Of a DNA stretch of 64,000 nucleotides, positions 46,861 to 56,674 are shown in pieces. Numbering within the stretch: position 1 is the stretch's first letter; the number at the start of each line of letters is the position of its first letter. The DNA comes from an uncultured delta proteobacterium (lineage in GTDB: Bacteria; Myxococcota_A; Polyangia; Fen-1088). The DNA is taken from the NCBI GenBank assembly GCA_963737265.1, contig CAVTRY010000013.1, forward strand, positions 288,001 to 352,000. The letters are read 5' to 3'. Below the pieces are notes generated by a model, which did no database searches, was not told the origin of the DNA, and saw only the letters and a program-made list of their open reading frames with translations. The translations under genes and the position numbers were made by a program.

Positions 46861-47279
46861 GAGATTCCCACTCGGGCACGTTTGAAGAGGCGCTCAACAA
46901 GCAGGGCGCTTCTTTCTAGGCCGTCCAGCGCTGCGTCTTCGTGACAAATCGGTTACCGATTTTCAACAATCGGACCCCAAGGCGGTGTTTCCCTGGGCCT
47001 GGCCAGCCAGGGTCGCGTCCGCCCGCGCGACCGTCGGGCTTCCGTCACCCCGCGCGCGCAGCTCGCTTCTCCACTTCAACCACTGACCTTTCCTTGTCGC
47101 TTTTCCGGCACCGCGAACGTCGCTTTTCCGTCGGTGGTTTGCCGGGAAGACCAATATTCATGCACCCGTAATTGTAACGAAGATTGCTCTTAATAATACT
47201 CATTCAAGCGCCGAAGTCCCTTACGTCGCGACAAGGCGTGGTTGAACGGCTCACGCCGAGGCGACGGGAGGAGTCTGCT

Positions 47280-48566
47280 ATGCGCCATTCGTTTGCCTAC
47301 GTGTGCCCCCCGGATGGGGTCGAGGTGCTCCTCCTCGGTCTGGCTGCGGCTTTGTCGGCCCCGGGCTGTCAAGGCCAGCGGGCGAGCGGTGGAATTGAAA
47401 TTTCAGTTCCACCGTTGGCGTCGGTGGCGCGGGTTGAGGCTGTGTTTCGCAGGGGCCACGACACGGAAACGACCACGGTGCCTTTGGTGCTGGTGGCGGG
47501 TCGATGGATGGTCAGCCTCGACGGACTCGATGCGAGCGCCAACTACCAAATCGTGGCCACGGGCAAGGATGGCGGCGGAGGAGACGTCTCGAGCTCGCTC
47601 GCCGCCAGCGCGACGCCACAAGAGGGGCACACCTCTCAGATGCTCATGGCTCTGCAAGCCCCAAGCGGGAACGACAGCGGTGATGGATCGCCGCCGCGGG
47701 TGGACAGTTTGTGGGCATCGGCCAAGCAGGTGAACGTCGGCGAGACGGTGGCGCTTTCGGTTTCGGCCCACGCCGCCAACCCGTCGAGCGCGCTTACCTT
47801 GGAATGGAGCGCCGGGTGCGGAAAGCTCGGCGCGAAGGACGCGGCCACCACCACCTGGCTTGCGCCGGCCGATGACGGCCTGTGCGACTTGAAGGTGCTG
47901 ATCGGCGATGGCGGGGGGCGCACGGTCAGCGCGGGCTTTCAGGTACAAGTCGGGTCGGGAGAAGGTCAGGGGGGCGCGGCTGTCGACATCTTCATCAATG
48001 CGGCGCCGGTTGTCACCGCGATGACCGCGTCGCCCGGTCCGATAGAAAGCGGATCCGCGGTCCAGTTGCAGGTCTCGGCGAACGATCCCGACGGGGACAA
48101 ACTGTCGTATCGGTGGACGAGCACCTGTCCCGGTGCCTTCGACAGCCCAACCCAGGCCGCCACGGGCTTCCTGCCCGCCTTGACCAGCGGAACGACGAGT
48201 TGTTCCTTCTCCGTCCAAGTCGCCGACGGGCGCGGTGGCGTCGGCCTGGGTACGCTGACTCTGTCCGCCGTCAAGCCGGTGATCCACGTTGGGCCCGCCA
48301 TGGGCATCACGTACCAGTCGCCCGCCGCACCGGGGGCTGGCGATGTCGTGTTCTTCCACGCCGAGGCGAGCAGTCCCGAAGGCCAACCCCTGACTTGGAA
48401 GTGGAGCGCTGACGCCGGCACCATCGCCGCCGAAACCGATCAGGCCGGGTCGAGCGACATCCACTGGACCGTCCCGGATGCGAAGGATGTTTCGTGCACG
48501 GTCACCGCGACCGCGACGGATCCCCAGGGCGCCAGCGCGTTCTACGTGTTTTCGGTTCGAACTTAA
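47280..48566 (+). CDS. Lipoprotein with tandem Ig/PKD-like domains
   Basis: GGAGGAG before ATG 47280; APGC; A.DPDGD.LSY.W, V.DGRGG, GITYQS. Confidence 0.68.
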   Translation: MRHSFAYVCPPDGVEVLLLGLAAALSAPGCQGQRASGGIEISVPPLASVARVEAVFRRGHDTETTTVPLVLVAGRWMVSLDGLDASANYQIVATGKDGGGGDVSSSLAASATPQEGHTSQMLMALQAPSGNDSGDGSPPRVDSLWASAKQVNVGETVALSVSAHAANPSSALTLEWSAGCGKLGAKDAATTTWLAPADDGLCDLKVLIGDGGGRTVSAGFQVQVGSGEGQGGAAVDIFINAAPVVTAMTASPGPIESGSAVQLQVSANDPDGDKLSYRWTSTCPGAFDSPTQAATGFLPALTSGTTSCSFSVQVADGRGGVGLGTLTLSAVKPVIHVGPAMGITYQSPAAPGAGDVVFFHAEASSPEGQPLTWKWSADAGTIAAETDQAGSSDIHWTVPDAKDVSCTVTATATDPQGASAFYVFSVRT

Positions 48567-48572
48567 ACCTAA

Positions 48573-50135
48573 TTATTGCACGGCCTTGGCGGGAACGAGC
48601 TCGACTGTGGTGCTGCCGATACCGAGCTGGCCGCTGGTGTTAGAGCCCCAACACCACAGCGTGCCGTCCGTGGCCACCGCGCAGGTGTGATTGACACCGG
48701 TTGCCACCATCGACCAGAGCGTGCCCGCGGCGTTGACGGCGGTGGGAACGTTGGCGTCGCTGGGGTTGCCGGTGCCGAGCTGGCCGTAGCTATTGCTGCC
48801 CCAGCACCAAAGAGAATTGTCCCGCTTGATAGCACAAGTGTTCGACTGGCCACAGCTCACGCTCTTCCAAACCGTGCCGTCGAGTCGCACGGCCGTCGCG
48901 CTTTGCGCCCCCTCGCCGATCGGGACGCCGGTGCTGCCGAGCTGGCCGTCCTCATTGTCGCCCCAACACCACAGCGTGCTGTCGCCTTTCAAGGCACAAG
49001 TGTGAGATCCGCCGGTGGACACATCCACCCAGCCGGTGCCGTCCACCTGCACCGGGCTTAGGTGATACGAACCGTTCAAATCCCCCGTTTGCCCGTTCGA
49101 ATTGAGTCCCCAGCACCAAAGCTCGCCATCGCTCGTGGTGGCGCAGGTGTGCAGAAAGTTGGAGCTGACGTGGGTAAACACCAGGCCCGCGCCCGCCAGC
49201 GTTACCTGAACCGGGGAGGGTTGGTTATCGAGAGTATCATTGCCAATCTGGCCATTGGTATTGTCGCCCCAGCACCAGAGCGTTCCATCCGCCTTGATTC
49301 CGCACGTCTGATAGCTGCCGGCACTGATGCCCTGCCAAGGACCGCCCGCCACTTCGGTCGGCGCGCCCGAGGTCGGCACCGAGGGATTGCCGAGCTGGCC
49401 CGAGGCATTGTTGCCCCAACAGGACAGACTTCCATCCGTGCGCAGCGCACAGGAATGGCTTTGGCCGCACGAAACGCGGTTCCACGCCGTGTCGCCGACG
49501 TCGACTGGGGTCAGTCGGGTGATCGTGTCGTCGAAGCGGAGCTGGCCATAGGTGTTGTCTCCCCAACACCACAGGGTGGAATTGGTGCGAACGGCGCAAC
49601 TGTGATTGGCACCCGTAGAAACCTCCAGGAAGGGCACGGCCACGCCGCCGCGAGCGTCGGAGCCGATGCCGCCGTCAGACCGCCCTCCGGGCAGACCACC
49701 GTCGTCGAGGGGCGTGACGGTCTCGGTCCGACAGCCGCCATCGCCGCACGCGGCGACGGGAACCGATAGCTGAACCTGGAAGTCGATTCGCGCGCCGACG
49801 TCGATCAAGCCACTGACGGAACCCTGGCCAATCACCAGCCCATTCCGGTCCAAAGCATTGATGGCAATCGCCACCACCCCAGTGCGCGAACCGGGAAGAA
49901 CCAAGGTGAAATCGGACGGGAAGCCCAATTCGACCGATGGATTCTCCGGAAAGTACTTCTGATCCGACTTGGTTCCATTGCTGATGGTCACGCCCATTTG
50001 AAAGACGCGGGGAACTTGGCAGTCCACATTCGCGTGAACGATGACGTATGAATCCTTGCTGCCGGAGCAGCCGAGCAGGCAAATCGCGGCGCAAAAGAGC
50101 AGGCCGGTCGTGCCCGGCTTCATGGTTCGGTTCAT
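48573..50135 (-). CDS. RCC1/BLIP-II repeat lipoprotein
   Basis: Lipobox LLGC; seven copies of G..(H/Q/N)(S/T)C....G.L.CWG.N..GQ; ATGA overlap with the upstream gene. Confidence 0.88.
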   Translation of the reverse strand: MNRTMKPGTTGLLFCAAICLLGCSGSKDSYVIVHANVDCQVPRVFQMGVTISNGTKSDQKYFPENPSVELGFPSDFTLVLPGSRTGVVAIAINALDRNGLVIGQGSVSGLIDVGARIDFQVQLSVPVAACGDGGCRTETVTPLDDGGLPGGRSDGGIGSDARGGVAVPFLEVSTGANHSCAVRTNSTLWCWGDNTYGQLRFDDTITRLTPVDVGDTAWNRVSCGQSHSCALRTDGSLSCWGNNASGQLGNPSVPTSGAPTEVAGGPWQGISAGSYQTCGIKADGTLWCWGDNTNGQIGNDTLDNQPSPVQVTLAGAGLVFTHVSSNFLHTCATTSDGELWCWGLNSNGQTGDLNGSYHLSPVQVDGTGWVDVSTGGSHTCALKGDSTLWCWGDNEDGQLGSTGVPIGEGAQSATAVRLDGTVWKSVSCGQSNTCAIKRDNSLWCWGSNSYGQLGTGNPSDANVPTAVNAAGTLWSMVATGVNHTCAVATDGTLWCWGSNTSGQLGIGSTTVELVPAKAVQ

Positions 50136-50932
50136 GGCAGCACCGTCTGCGCGCCCCAGGTCGACGGCGGCGCCGAGGATTGCGGACGCAGGAGCCACCA
50201 CGTGACCACGCCACCGACGGCAAGAGCGCCCGCCACCGAGGTCCAGAACCACCACTTCTTGTATACGGCTTTCTTGTTCTCGCGTGGAGGAGGCGGCGTT
50301 TCTACGATGGCCAGCGAAAGCCCGGCGGGCTGGCTATCCGTCTTGAGGGTCGCGGCGACGGCCGCGCCCGACAGGGCGTCTGCCTTGGGCGGTTCGAGGT
50401 CTTCCTGGACCACGACCGGCGGTTTCTCGGCTTCGCTGGCTTTCTCGGCAGGCGGCTCGATAGGCGCAGGTTCCAGCTCGGCTGGGGCTGCCTTCTTTTC
50501 ACTGGGCTTTGTCCGATCGCCGAGCTGGGCTTCGGGCGCGGGAGCCGGCGCGGGAGCTTTCATCATCAAGAGGCTGGTGATGATCGCGATCTCGCTTGCG
50601 GTCACTTCGTATTGGCTGCGATTCTTGGGTAAATAGGTGCTGGCGCGCAGAAAGGCATTGTACTCGGCCAGGGCCTTCTCGGGTTTGCCAGCGAGCCGGT
50701 ACGCCTGCCCGAGAGAGAAGAGAAGGGACGGATCCTGGGTAAGCGTGTACGCGGCCTCGAAATGCTGGGCCGCCTCGTCGTAGCGGCCGAGGTTGAGCGC
50801 GACGATTCCCTGCGATCGTTCGGCCCGAACCGCCGCGCTTTCCTTGGGCGCCTTGGCGAAGGCAGTGGGCGACGATGAGAGAATCATCGTCGCGAGAAGA
50901 ACGTGGGCACACAGGGTTCGGGAAAACGTCAT
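50132..50932 (-). CDS. Exported TPR protein with C-terminal KKWWFW hydrophobic segment
   Basis: G.YDEA...FE.AY, LLFSLGQAYR..G....AL..Y..FL; Pro-rich linker; VYKKWWFWT. Confidence 0.8.
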   Translation of the reverse strand: MTFSRTLCAHVLLATMILSSSPTAFAKAPKESAAVRAERSQGIVALNLGRYDEAAQHFEAAYTLTQDPSLLFSLGQAYRLAGKPEKALAEYNAFLRASTYLPKNRSQYEVTASEIAIITSLLMMKAPAPAPAPEAQLGDRTKPSEKKAAPAELEPAPIEPPAEKASEAEKPPVVVQEDLEPPKADALSGAAVAATLKTDSQPAGLSLAIVETPPPPRENKKAVYKKWWFWTSVAGALAVGGVVTWWLLRPQSSAPPSTWGAQTVLP

Positions 50933-51376
50933 GATGGAAACTCTCCCCCAAAAGCGATGGGCCTATATCGACAGCAAAAAGTGAAGCCGATCAAGGGCCG
51001 CGACGACCTGCAACGCTATTGTCACAATACTTTTGCGTAACTGAAACACATCCCCTTGGCCGTGGCGGACCGGGGTGCTTGCCGGGCGGCCCGAAGGCGA
51101 GCCCATTTTACGGCGTCCGCCGTCGAAGAAGCGCGATTGCTTGCGCCCGGCAAGGACCCGACTTGGGCTACCTTCTGCGGCGGCGGCATTGTGCACTGGG
51201 CCTTAACGGCAATTCCGCGTTGTAACGAATCCGTACCGCAACGCTAACACACGGTCGGGAAGAAAGGCGCTATTGCTTTGCCCGCGAAGGCATGGAACCG
51301 GCGAAGCGCGGCCATGCTGGCAAAGAGCACGAAGAGCAAAAAGCAGAAGCCAACCAGATCGAGAAGGAGGCCGACA

Positions 51377-52924
51377 ATGTCATCAACATGGAACCGTATG
51401 AAAAGGACGCTCGGGATCGTCATCCCGGTGTCCCTCACCACCCTGGTGGCGACCGGAGGGGTCGCGCAGGCTCAGACCACGTACCCAATCGAGGGTTCGG
51501 ACACCTTGACCGTAGTGATCGAGAACGCCATCACCGCGTCGGGCGCACCCCTCACCTACAATAACCTGGGTTCGGGCCAGGGCGAAAAGGATCTCGCCCA
51601 GGCTGGTTGCCCAGCGGCAGGGGTCACGGGACAGGACTTCCGAGAGGGCATCGCGCCCATGTCGCGCAATTTTCAGCAGTCCATTCTGACCGACTGTCCG
51701 ACGTGGGCACCCACACCAAACCAGGTGCTCGGTCTCGATGCCGCGGTCTTCAGCTCGCGGACCTGGTCCGGACGTCCGAAAGACATGACCGTGCCGCTGG
51801 CCAACCTGTCGGATCCGACGACGGCCGATCCAGCCAATCAATCCGACCTGTCCGTCATTTTCTTCGGCTACAACTCCTCGGGCATCAGCCACGGGACTAC
51901 CGCCGAATGTGCGCATCCTAACCGTATTGCCGCTCTCGACAGGCTGCTGAGCAAGATGCTCGGCGTCAACGAGATCAAGCACATTTACCGCCGCGATGAC
52001 AACTCGGGCACCCAGGATACCATCCGCGAACACCTCCAGAACAACTTTTGGTGCAACGGCAAGTCGGAAGGGAACGTTCACAACCCCGAGAACACAGGGC
52101 AGAACCTGCTCAACGAGGATCTGGATCCGATTCGCCGCGACTGCGTCGGTGCCGATGCAACGCACAGGGCCAGCCGCTGCACCTATTACCCAACTGCGCA
52201 GACCTGCAATTTCGGCGATCCCGACATCACGTACAACGGGGAGACCGTGCATTGCACGCAAGGCTTGGTCGTGGCCCTCTCGGAGACCGATCCCGGAAGC
52301 GCCGACATCACGACTTCCATCGCGAATCGTATGGCCGCCGATAACACCAATGGAACCCTGGGTATGGCCGGCCGTTCGTCGGTCCAGTTGCCGAGTCAGC
52401 CCACGACGGGTCTGACCATCAACACGGTCACCTTTACCAATAACAACGTGCGTGCCAACCAGTATATGTTCTCTCGTCGTCTGTTCCTGCAACAAAACCC
52501 CCTTGGTTCGGGGGATGCCGGGCGTGACGCGGCTGAAAGCATTCTTTTCAACTATGCAACCGGTCCGGGCGCTCGTTGCAACATGGACCCGATCGTGGTG
52601 GCCGCCGGATTCCTGAGCTGCTTCGACGATTGCACCTTGCCGTGCAACGTGGCCACGAATCTCTGTTGTACGCCGCCTTCCGCAGGCGCCTCGATTCCGA
52701 AGCAGAGCATCGGTGCGGAGACGATCACAACATGGTCCGACTTGGGTGACGCCAGCCACCCCTGCGTGAACACCAACATCAAGTCCGTGCTCAATCAGGT
52801 CTGTGGCCCGATCGAAGCCACGTCCTCGGGTAACCCCTCGGGTTACGCGTGCGATCTCAGCTCGCGCTGCGCCACCGGCACCTCTTGCCAGCCGTACACG
52901 ACCGGCGGCGAGACCTGCCAATAG
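51377..52924 (+). CDS. PstS-like (PBP2-fold) substrate-binding protein, Cys-rich
   Basis: AGGAGG before ATG 51377; IEGSDTL, GSGQG, IAPMSR, YRRDDNSGT, YMFSRRLF. Confidence 0.72.
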   Translation: MSSTWNRMKRTLGIVIPVSLTTLVATGGVAQAQTTYPIEGSDTLTVVIENAITASGAPLTYNNLGSGQGEKDLAQAGCPAAGVTGQDFREGIAPMSRNFQQSILTDCPTWAPTPNQVLGLDAAVFSSRTWSGRPKDMTVPLANLSDPTTADPANQSDLSVIFFGYNSSGISHGTTAECAHPNRIAALDRLLSKMLGVNEIKHIYRRDDNSGTQDTIREHLQNNFWCNGKSEGNVHNPENTGQNLLNEDLDPIRRDCVGADATHRASRCTYYPTAQTCNFGDPDITYNGETVHCTQGLVVALSETDPGSADITTSIANRMAADNTNGTLGMAGRSSVQLPSQPTTGLTINTVTFTNNNVRANQYMFSRRLFLQQNPLGSGDAGRDAAESILFNYATGPGARCNMDPIVVAAGFLSCFDDCTLPCNVATNLCCTPPSAGASIPKQSIGAETITTWSDLGDASHPCVNTNIKSVLNQVCGPIEATSSGNPSGYACDLSSRCATGTSCQPYTTGGETCQ

Positions 52925-52969
52925 GCCACGGCTAGTCAGCACACGGGCGTGGCGAGTCGAGGACATCTG

Positions 52970-52998
52970 CTCCGCCGCCCTCAACCTGGGCGGCGGAG
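52970..52998 (+). terminator. GC-rich hairpin (terminator or mRNA-stabilising stem-loop)
   Basis: ctccgccgccc / gggcggcggag 11-bp stem; weak U tract. Confidence 0.45.
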
Positions 52999-53068
52999 TT
53001 GGGTAGCAGAAAATGCATAGTAACTAGTTCGGAAATCACTCAATCAGAAGATCACAAAGGAGAATCCA

Positions 53069-56000
53069 ATGGGTACGAATCGTTTGACACTTGTAGCCGC
53101 CTTGATCGGCGTAGCCGCAACCGGAATGATTGGATGTAACAAACACCCCAGTGACAATGCAACGGGCACTGGCGCGGCCAACATCGCGATCCACTCGAAC
53201 TTGTCGATCGTCGATGTGTCGTCCGTGAAGCTGACCGTGCAATCGCCGACCAAGCTCCCCACGCCGCTCAACGTGCCGCTCAATCTCAAGAACGGCCAGT
53301 ACACGGCCCAGGTGAACCAGTTGGTCACGGGTTCGGACTACGTCTTCAGCGCGAGCGCCATGGACTCGCACTCGACCACGATATTCCACGGCGTCGCCAA
53401 CAGCGTCGCCATCACCAGCGGCGCAACGACCCAGGTGGCGCTCTACCTGGACCAGGTCAACCCCACGGGCCCGAGCTACGCCGTGCCCGTGATCGACTCG
53501 GTCTCCTTCAGTCCGAGCCAGGTGGGCCAGGGCGGAACGGCTTCCCTGTCGGCCACTGCGCACAGCCCCACTGCCGGCTATACCTCCACGCTGGCCTTCG
53601 CCTGGGTGCCCGCGGCCAGCTGCGGAACCATCTCGCTCGCGACCGCGACGGGCGGCTCGGACACTGCGGACAGGACCGCCACCGCGACCTACACGGCGCC
53701 CTTGGCGAACGTGGACTGCCAGATCAACCTGACCGTCACCGATGCGGTCGGCGGCACCAACAGCGCCGCGTTCTCGATCCGCGTCGGACTCGGCAGCAAC
53801 GGTAGCGGTAACGCCTTGGTGACGGCCCAGGTCAATGGTGCCCCGATCATCAGCAGCGTGACGTCCACTCCGGCGCAGATCACGCTCAATCCGACCGTGA
53901 CCCCGCCGTTCCCCGTCCTGGCCGTCACTGCAACGGATCCGGAAAGCGACCCACTCACCTACATGTGGAATTCCGTGACCCCGGGCTGCACGGTACAATT
54001 CGGCTCTCCCGCGACGCAGGCCTCGGCCACGACCACTTACGTGGTCACCGCCGTCACTGCCGGGACGACCTCCTGCGCCTTCACCGTCACGGTGCAGGAC
54101 ACTTGGGGGCCCACCGCCTCGCCGCAGCACAACACCGTCGTCTCCAGCTTGACGCTTCCAGTGGGCCAAGCCACGGTTCTTCAGCCGCCGTTGTTCGGTC
54201 TGGCCTATCAGTCGGACAACACCGTCACGGGTGGCGAGAACGAGGTTTTGGCCGCGGTTGCGACCGACCCCACGGGCGGCACCCTGACCTACGCCTACTC
54301 TTGGGCGGTGGATAGCACGACGGGTACCAGCTTCACCACGGCCACCCCGGCTGCGCTCGGCCTCGACCCAATCTTCACGACGGCGGGCACCTGGACGGCC
54401 CCGTCTGCCGCGCAGAGCGCTAGCACGGCGACCTTCACGGTGACGGCGACGAGCTCGGTTTCGCACCTCTCGGCGAGCTACATCTTCGTCTTCGCCCCGG
54501 CCAGCAACCCCTGCATCGGCGTTGCCAACGGCACGACATGCTCGATCCCGAGCAACCTTTGTATCGTGAACGCCACCTGCCAGGGCGGCGCTTGCGTCGG
54601 GACCCAGAAGGCCTGCACGGCCACCCCGCCGGCTTGCCAGTCCTATAGCTGCACCGCCGCGACCGGCGCTTGCAATCTGGCCAACCAGCCCACCGGAACG
54701 GCGTGCAACGACCACAACGGCTGCACCACGGGTGACGCCTGCGCCGCTGGCGTGTGCGTGACGGCCCCGGTGTCCTGCCCGGCTCCTCTCGTGTGCCAGG
54801 CTTCGGACGCGTGCGTCTCGACCGGCGATGCGACCTACACCTGCAACGTGACGAACTCTGCGACGGGCACCGCCTGCGCCGGTTCCGATCCTTGCTTCAC
54901 GGGTGACACCTGCTCGGCCGGCGCTTGCGTGAATGGCACTGCGCTCTGCACCTCTCCCCAGGTTTGCCAGGTCACTGCGGGTGTTGCCAGCTGCACAACG
55001 CCGGCTTGCATGAACCCGAACTACGACGAGGAAATCGTTCCGCCACTCCTCAGCATGGCCAACGGCGCGGACGGCACGGTGTGGGCGGCGGGTGACATCT
55101 ACAACCCGTTCACCTTCGGCCCTGGTGTCAATCTAACCTCCACGGGTAGCTCGGACATCTATCTCGTCAAGCTGAACCCCGCGACGGGCGTCGCCAGCTT
55201 CGGCGCATCGTTCGGTCAGATCGCTACCCCCAACTCGACCGACCAGATCGCCATTGGCGTGGCGACGGCGAAGAGCGGCGGCGTGGGCCTCATCGGCTCC
55301 TTCATTTCGGAGATCGACTTCGATGGCAATGACTCGGTCGGGACCAACGGAAACGTCGGAAGTGCCGGTCTTGACTTCCTCACGACGGCGGCGGCCTCGG
55401 CCTACTTCGTGGCCACCTTCGACTCGAGCGGCAATCCGGTGCATTCGCTGGCTGTCGGCTTGGGCACGGGCACGCTGCTCGCTGTCGCCTCGAACCCCAA
55501 CCAGGACGCCTTCGCGGTCTGCGGTGTCTCCTCCGTGAAGGCCACGGGTGGCATCCTCACGGGTAATGCCAACGTGGCTGGCGGCGGCCTCGACATCGTG
55601 GTGGCGAAGATCAACGCGACCACGGGCCTTGTGACCTGGGGCAAGCAGTTCGGCGGCGCCGGCGACCAGCTCTGCCAGGCGATATCGATGGACAACTCGG
55701 GCAACGTCATCATCGCGGGCGGATACAACGGCACGCTGCAATTCGGCACGCTGGCCGCCTTCCCGGTGGTATCGCAGTCGACCTACTCGCTGCTCTACAC
55801 GGCGGTGTTGGCTAGCGCTGACGGTACGCCGACCGCGGCCTCGACCTGGGGCGCAACTGGCAAGGTCAGTCCGTTCTCCGTCGCCGTCGATGCGAGCAAC
55901 AACATCATCGTGGCCGGCAGCCTCGGCGCCAGCGTGAGCTTCGGTGGAACCATCGGAACGGTCGTGGATCTCGGCCTCACGGACGCGTTCGTCGCCAAGT

Positions 56001-56437
56001 TGAGCGTGACCGCGCCGACGCTCAACCCGATCTGGGCTAAGTCGTTCGGCGATGCCGCTCACGATCAGCAAGCCAAGAGCGTAGCGACTTCGTCGAATGG
56101 CGACGTCTACGTGGGCGGCTTGTTCTCGGGCACGTTGGGCGCGATGAACCTGACATCCTTCACCAACACCAACTCGGACGGCTTCGTCGCCCATCTGAGT
56201 GGAGTGGACGGTTCAGTGCTGTGCGCCCATGTGTACGGCGATGCGGCCGGCGTGCAGGAGACCGACTACGTCACGGTGGCGAGGACGGCTACTGGCAGCC
56301 TACTCGACAACGTGGTCATTGGCGGTGCCTTCACCAGCACCATCACGTTCTCACCACTTACGCCCCTCTTCACGGGCACCAACCCCGCGGGCAACCCGAG
56401 CCTCGCCGCCAGCTACATCACTGGCATGCACAACTAG
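53069..56437 (+). CDS. Large surface lipoprotein: Ig-like repeats, Cys-rich repeats, SBBP-like propeller
   Basis: AGGAG RBS; lipobox MIGC; ATDPESDPLTY.W, CNDHNGCTTGDAC, propeller repeats. Confidence 0.82.
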   Translation: MGTNRLTLVAALIGVAATGMIGCNKHPSDNATGTGAANIAIHSNLSIVDVSSVKLTVQSPTKLPTPLNVPLNLKNGQYTAQVNQLVTGSDYVFSASAMDSHSTTIFHGVANSVAITSGATTQVALYLDQVNPTGPSYAVPVIDSVSFSPSQVGQGGTASLSATAHSPTAGYTSTLAFAWVPAASCGTISLATATGGSDTADRTATATYTAPLANVDCQINLTVTDAVGGTNSAAFSIRVGLGSNGSGNALVTAQVNGAPIISSVTSTPAQITLNPTVTPPFPVLAVTATDPESDPLTYMWNSVTPGCTVQFGSPATQASATTTYVVTAVTAGTTSCAFTVTVQDTWGPTASPQHNTVVSSLTLPVGQATVLQPPLFGLAYQSDNTVTGGENEVLAAVATDPTGGTLTYAYSWAVDSTTGTSFTTATPAALGLDPIFTTAGTWTAPSAAQSASTATFTVTATSSVSHLSASYIFVFAPASNPCIGVANGTTCSIPSNLCIVNATCQGGACVGTQKACTATPPACQSYSCTAATGACNLANQPTGTACNDHNGCTTGDACAAGVCVTAPVSCPAPLVCQASDACVSTGDATYTCNVTNSATGTACAGSDPCFTGDTCSAGACVNGTALCTSPQVCQVTAGVASCTTPACMNPNYDEEIVPPLLSMANGADGTVWAAGDIYNPFTFGPGVNLTSTGSSDIYLVKLNPATGVASFGASFGQIATPNSTDQIAIGVATAKSGGVGLIGSFISEIDFDGNDSVGTNGNVGSAGLDFLTTAAASAYFVATFDSSGNPVHSLAVGLGTGTLLAVASNPNQDAFAVCGVSSVKATGGILTGNANVAGGGLDIVVAKINATTGLVTWGKQFGGAGDQLCQAISMDNSGNVIIAGGYNGTLQFGTLAAFPVVSQSTYSLLYTAVLASADGTPTAASTWGATGKVSPFSVAVDASNNIIVAGSLGASVSFGGTIGTVVDLGLTDAFVAKLSVTAPTLNPIWAKSFGDAAHDQQAKSVATSSNGDVYVGGLFSGTLGAMNLTSFTNTNSDGFVAHLSGVDGSVLCAHVYGDAAGVQETDYVTVARTATGSLLDNVVIGGAFTSTITFSPLTPLFTGTNPAGNPSLAASYITGMHN

Positions 56438-56488
56438 CAACGAAACGAGCTTAGCTCGCCTCGCTCGCGAGGCGGGCTAGTCCGAAAG

Positions 56489-56519
56489 AAGGGTGCCTAG
56501 CAATAGGCGCCCTTTTTTT
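56489..56519 (+). terminator. Intrinsic terminator
   Basis: aagggtgccta-GCAA-taggcgccctt followed by a T run. Confidence 0.8.
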
Positions 56520-56674
56520 GTCCACGCGTGTAATCCGATTCGTAACCAAGCCGTAGCGCATTTTTCACGCGAGTTTGGCGTAGGTCGCTGTATGTATTGC
56601 CGCTGACGGGCGTGGCAATGGCGGACGCCTGCCAATTCGACCGACATAGACTAACGAGAATCTGGAGGGTTGAC

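Noticed and set aside
51383-54715. Long minus-strand ORFs (533 aa and 559 aa)
   Set aside because: High-GC antisense shadows of well-supported plus-strand genes
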